A stretch of 64,000 nt of DNA from Bacillota bacterium (GTDB lineage: Bacteria > Bacillota > Negativicutes > JBAXTZ01): assembly GCA_037129925.1 (NCBI GenBank), contig JBAXTZ010000001.1, forward strand, positions 25,155 to 89,154, given 5' to 3'. This document shows, piece after piece, positions 60,186-64,000 of this stretch. The notes beneath the pieces were generated by a model, which saw nothing but the letters and a program-made list of their open reading frames with translations, did no database searches and had not been told where the DNA came from. A program made the position numbers and the translations under genes. Position 1 is the stretch's first letter. Every line of letters begins with the position of its first letter.

Positions 60186-62165
60186 TTATCTGGTCGCAAA
60201 ATGCGCTCCGGGATGACCGATAAATAACAAATAGCTCCCCGATTCGAGTACCAGCGTCTTATTGTCGGCGAATAAACTGTCGAAACTTACCACTCCGTCG
60301 GCATTATAGGCAATCAACCTTCCGCCACGCGGGATGGCGCAGCTAAACAGAGTTTCACCAGCAACGGCGCGAGCGACATTGTAGCCGTTGTTGCCAATAA
60401 TAATTTTCTCGCCTCGCCGCCAAGCTTGAACTTTGCCGGCATCAGTATATTGAAAGTTATCGACCTGCAATATTTTTACGCCGGCTTCATAACTAATACG
60501 GATATCGACCAAATCGCGGGCGTGCGGCAAAATCATTTTACCGGTAAATTTATCCTGTAACCCGTAGACGCTGAGATTACGCGCCTTGAGAAAAACCCTT
60601 CCCGGTAGCTCGCTTATCGTCCCACTCTTGGCGAGCGTCATAAAATTTGCCGCAAAATCACTCACCTGGTAGTTGCGCGGCATCCAGGTCATACCGGCAA
60701 ATTCACTACAATCTGGCGCAGTGGTTGCTGGATTTACTTTCGTGGCAATTACTTCATTTCGTCCGCTACTATTATTGTGACCAAGCATATAATCAGTACC
60801 GTCTTTGCTGAAGAAAAAAATACCGCCGGTATCATTAAGCTGAAATTTTTCGTCGGTTTTGTACACGAGGGCATCCTGCGGCACAAATTTTCCGTCAACA
60901 AGTGGCTCACGATTCAGAGTGCTCTGCAACTTGTCAAAACTGATTTTGGCTACGCTGTTGCCGGCGGCATAGATTCCGGCATATTGATTTAACGTTTCCG
61001 GCAATGCCGCTATCGGCAACGGTAAACTGACTGGGATAGTGTTTGGTTTTAGTATGCCTTTGGTTTCGAGCGCCATCTGCATAATCTTGTTGCTCATGCC
61101 GATAGCATCGCCGCCACGCACCGCGAGAATAGTTGCCACTGAAAGTTTGGCATCCGGCGCTACTAACAATTCACTGGTGAATTCCAGTGACCCGCCGCCT
61201 TTGCCAAGAACAGTAACTCCCTGTAGCGTAAAATCGCCGCACGCAACGTCATCCCAACCGATTCCGTAAGCGGTTTCCGGCTCCCCGCTCGGAGTGGTTT
61301 CCGGTCCGGTTTGTTGTTTTCTAAACTCTTGTATGGATTGCTGTTTTAGTAATTTATGGCCAGTTAATATTTCGGAAAACCGGCACAAATCTACCGCAGT
61401 TGAGGCAATACCGCCGCCAGCCATAATATTAACGTACTCAACTGGCCGCAAGAAACCGCTATAGTTATCATAAGTGCGGGCAATATTGGCGTTGCCAGTC
61501 CGGTAATAGCAACTGGAATTGGTCATGCCGGCAACCCCGAAAATATTCTTATCCAGGTAAGCAGCATAGCTCAACCCGGATACTCGCTCAATCACCGCTC
61601 CGGCCAGCGTAAAACCGTCATTGCAATAAACGCTTACCGCGCCGGGTTCGCTCTTGAGATAACCGTCCGCCAGACAAGCCAGCGTCTCGGTCACATAATT
61701 GTGATTTTTTTCGTCGCCCAGCGAATTATAAAAATTGGTGCCGGGCATTCCGGAGGTATGGTTGAGCAGCATCCGGACGGTAATTTGCCGATAGCGCTGA
61801 TCGCGCATCGAAAATTCCGGTAAATACTCGGTCACTGCCGAGTCCAGTTTTACTTTACCCTGCTCGCATAGTTGCAATATTGCGGCCGCGGTAAACACCT
61901 TGCTGATCGAGCCGATATTAAACTGGGTATTGGTATCCGCGGGAATTGCCCGTGTCCTGTCGGTCATGCCAAACGCCTCGGCATAAACAATTTCACCATC
62001 TGACATTACCGCAACCGTTACTGCCGATGCTCCGTTGCCGATTGCTTTCCAAGCTTCATTACGCGCAACGGCGGCAACAGCCGAATAGTCGGACGCTGCA
62101 AAAACGTTGTTGCCGCCAGACATCCAGAATATTAATAGCGCGAAATACAGCATTCTCTTAAACAT
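60186..62165 (-). CDS. secreted serine hydrolase of the beta-lactamase/transpeptidase-like family
   Basis: A signal peptide follows the internal Met at 62165 (MFKRMLYFALLIFWMSGGNNVFA). SxxK motif GSISKVF and a long C-terminal extension. Confidence 0.75.
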   Translation of the reverse strand: MFKRMLYFALLIFWMSGGNNVFAASDYSAVAAVARNEAWKAIGNGASAVTVAVMSDGEIVYAEAFGMTDRTRAIPADTNTQFNIGSISKVFTAAAILQLCEQGKVKLDSAVTEYLPEFSMRDQRYRQITVRMLLNHTSGMPGTNFYNSLGDEKNHNYVTETLACLADGYLKSEPGAVSVYCNDGFTLAGAVIERVSGLSYAAYLDKNIFGVAGMTNSSCYYRTGNANIARTYDNYSGFLRPVEYVNIMAGGGIASTAVDLCRFSEILTGHKLLKQQSIQEFRKQQTGPETTPSGEPETAYGIGWDDVACGDFTLQGVTVLGKGGGSLEFTSELLVAPDAKLSVATILAVRGGDAIGMSNKIMQMALETKGILKPNTIPVSLPLPIAALPETLNQYAGIYAAGNSVAKISFDKLQSTLNREPLVDGKFVPQDALVYKTDEKFQLNDTGGIFFFSKDGTDYMLGHNNSSGRNEVIATKVNPATTAPDCSEFAGMTWMPRNYQVSDFAANFMTLAKSGTISELPGRVFLKARNLSVYGLQDKFTGKMILPHARDLVDIRISYEAGVKILQVDNFQYTDAGKVQAWRRGEKIIIGNNGYNVARAVAGETLFSCAIPRGGRLIAYNADGVVSFDSLFADNKTLVLESGSYLLFIGHPGAHFATR

Positions 62166-62229
62166 AATTAGCCTGCTTTCTATTGAAATATTCTTAGCAC
62201 TCTGATTGTTCACGGACAATCTAGCCAAA

Positions 62230-62259
62230 TTGCTACTGCGGTCTCGATGATGGTATAAT
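62230..62259 (+). promoter_or_regulatory. candidate sigma70 promoter with extended -10
   Basis: ttgcta, then 18 nt, then tgGTATAAT (TGn-extended -10), about 30 nt upstream of a GGGAG RBS and the ATG at 62289. Confidence 0.45.
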
Positions 62260-62288
62260 TGAATAAAGCTTTTTTAGGGAGTGAAACG

Positions 62289-63542
62289 ATGAAAAAACTA
62301 CAACTGGTCGACAACCAAATTATCGAATTAGCGGATTTCAACAGCTTCACAGTAATTGGCGATCCGGGTTGTGACGGGTTGGGCGCCGAAATCATGGCCA
62401 CTTTCACCAAAGCGCTTAAACTTGCTAAAGGCGAGTTTATTCTGGTGTTGGGCGATATTGTTCCCTTTGGTTCCAAACTGTTCTATGACAATGTCGCTGA
62501 ACTCATCGAACATCACGCCGACAAAAACGTCTTCATGCTTTGCGGCAACCACGACACCCACTATTATGAAGAATTTTTCGGCAGTCGCGAATATGCCATT
62601 GTTGATAGCCGCACATTGCTGGTCGTGCTGGACAACTCCAAACGCAGTTTTACGGTCGAGTCACGGGAATTATTGACTAGAGCGTTACGCGATTATCCAC
62701 GGCAAAACATTGTTTTGGCCATGCACATCCCGCCACCCAACGCCATCACCGGCAATTCCGTAAGCACCGCAGAGTGGGACAAGATTCTCGCGATCATCGC
62801 CGACCACGGTCTGTCCGGGAAAGTCAAATACATACTAGCGGGCCACTTGCACTCCTATTTTGAGGAACAACAAGGCGCAACCAGAGTAGTCGTATCCGGC
62901 GGCGGCGGCGCCCGTATCGAGGAAGTTACCGGTATTCAAGCGCCTTATCATCATATTGTCAATTTTAATTATGACCCGGACGGAATATTGACGCATAACA
63001 AAGAAGATGTGGTTTTTGTAAATCTGGATTACACCGATCCGATTATCGACAACATGCTCGACAGCGCCTTTAAGAACGAGTGTGTCGCGCATGTCCAATA
63101 TCAGCTGAACGCCGAATCCGCCGCCCAGCGCGGACTGCTGAATCTTGCCCACTTATTTCGCGCCGCTGCTCAGGCCGAATTATTTCACGCCCGTAACCAC
63201 TATTATGTTATGTCCGGACTAAAGGATCCGTTGATGTCCGCGACCGAAAGCCTGGCGCGGGAATCCGGCGAAATCAATATTCTCTGCCAGGAATATAAAG
63301 CCTACGCCAAGAACAACGCGCTCGGGTTACCCGTCTACACCTTTAACGATGCCTGTGAAGCCAAAGTTGCGCTACGTGAACTACTGGAAACGGCCTGCGC
63401 GGAACTAGCCCAAGGCACCGACATTTCCGACACCGGCTATTTTGTTTGCAGCTCCTGCGGCTATATTTTTAGCGGAGAAACCCCGCCCCGGGCTTGCCAC
63501 ATCTGTGGAGCGCCCGGCGACAAAATTACTGTGCTGGTTTAG
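62289..63542 (+). CDS. metallophosphoesterase domain fused to a rubrerythrin-like helical region and a C-terminal Cys4 rubredoxin-like ribbon
   Basis: Calcineurin-like motifs GDPGCDG, GDIV, GNHD, GHLH. After that, an AQAELFH (ExxH) segment and a terminal CSSCGY...CHICGAP. Confidence 0.6.
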   Translation: MKKLQLVDNQIIELADFNSFTVIGDPGCDGLGAEIMATFTKALKLAKGEFILVLGDIVPFGSKLFYDNVAELIEHHADKNVFMLCGNHDTHYYEEFFGSREYAIVDSRTLLVVLDNSKRSFTVESRELLTRALRDYPRQNIVLAMHIPPPNAITGNSVSTAEWDKILAIIADHGLSGKVKYILAGHLHSYFEEQQGATRVVVSGGGGARIEEVTGIQAPYHHIVNFNYDPDGILTHNKEDVVFVNLDYTDPIIDNMLDSAFKNECVAHVQYQLNAESAAQRGLLNLAHLFRAAAQAELFHARNHYYVMSGLKDPLMSATESLARESGEINILCQEYKAYAKNNALGLPVYTFNDACEAKVALRELLETACAELAQGTDISDTGYFVCSSCGYIFSGETPPRACHICGAPGDKITVLV

Positions 63543-63563
63543 CGGTAACTCTTCGTGGTATCA

Positions 63564-64000
63564 TCAGCAATGGCTGGCCTCTATAAGATACGCATCAGCC
63601 CACCAGTAAGGGTATATCAAGCGCTTGGTAACACTGGCGAAACCAGCGTTTTGCAACTGCTCGCACCAATTATCAATCTTTTGTTCATAGTTGGTCCGTG
63701 CCGCGCTACGGTCAAAATAGCCAAAAAACACCGGCAGCAAGAAGCTTTGCGCGACCACGCCGCCATCCCCGGCATATTCCTGCAGCCCGTTGCGATAGCG
63801 GCTGACAATGTGCTGCAACCGCTTCGGCTCATAAAGCGTGGCAAACTCCGGCACATCAAATTCAGCAATAAGCAACCGGTCACAACGAGCGCTAATCCAC
63901 CCTAATAATCTCTGCCGTTCATCCGGCTGGATTGACTGCAGGCTAAAGGTTGCCTGAACAATATCCCAGAGACCGTGTTCATTTGCTGCTACATAGTCCT
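63564..64000 (-). CDS. hypothetical protein (partial; N-terminus beyond the window)
   Basis: The minus-strand ORF continues without a stop to the window edge (...QDYVAANEHGLWDIVQATFSLQSIQPDERQRLLGWISARCDRLLIAEFDVPE...). No family recognised. Confidence 0.45.
   Translation of the reverse strand, partial: DYVAANEHGLWDIVQATFSLQSIQPDERQRLLGWISARCDRLLIAEFDVPEFATLYEPKRLQHIVSRYRNGLQEYAGDGGVVAQSFLLPVFFGYFDRSAARTNYEQKIDNWCEQLQNAGFASVTKRLIYPYWWADAYLIEASHC

Noticed and set aside
1-64000. Searched for tRNA, rRNA, transposase, integrase and cas genes
   Set aside because: No tRNA-like T-arm or acceptor consensus, no rRNA-like segments, and no ORF with a DDE/tyrosine-recombinase or Cas signature were seen.

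Overview
This 64 kb bacterial chromosomal window has moderate GC content and most genes on the minus strand. I saw no rRNA, tRNA, CRISPR array, transposase or integrase. Most of the window is housekeeping and metabolism. It includes a DEAD-box helicase fragment at the left edge, an orphan ABC substrate-binding lipoprotein, two ABC-2 exporter clusters, PHP, NUDIX and AAC(3) genes, oligoendopeptidase F, cytidine deaminase, M42 and S51 peptidases, glycogen phosphorylase, feoAB, DegV, a GH1 beta-glucosidase, a dapB/class IV aminotransferase/dapA/dapD operon, NCS2 permeases, a GH38 alpha-mannosidase next to an orphan PTS EIIC, a 5'-nucleotidase, NMO/FabK-like, a cysteine-desulfidase-like protein, PiT plus DUF47, a serine hydrolase, and a metallophosphoesterase fused to a rubrerythrin-like Cys4 tail. 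Two accessory-like stretches stand out. The first, at about 2.6-12.6 kb and again at 21.7 kb, carries a DUF4143-type AAA ATPase cassette in one intact copy and two deletion relics with conserved flanks. Beside it are a truncated nitroreductase, a zeta-toxin-like P-loop kinase with an overlapping small upstream ORF, a GNAT gene frameshifted at an A8 tract, and a mosaic APH/methyltransferase remnant. The second, at about 41.5-43.9 kb, carries a decayed HEPN(HI0074-like)/nucleotidyltransferase toxin-antitoxin pair, a DUF1016/YhcG PDDEXK nuclease and an internally deleted hsdM remnant. Separately, a 7-nt-period CTGGCGG-type repeat occurs both in an intergenic promoter region and as an in-frame insert in the GH38 gene. 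I found no single compelling novel system; the candidates worth a second look are listed with calibrated interest.
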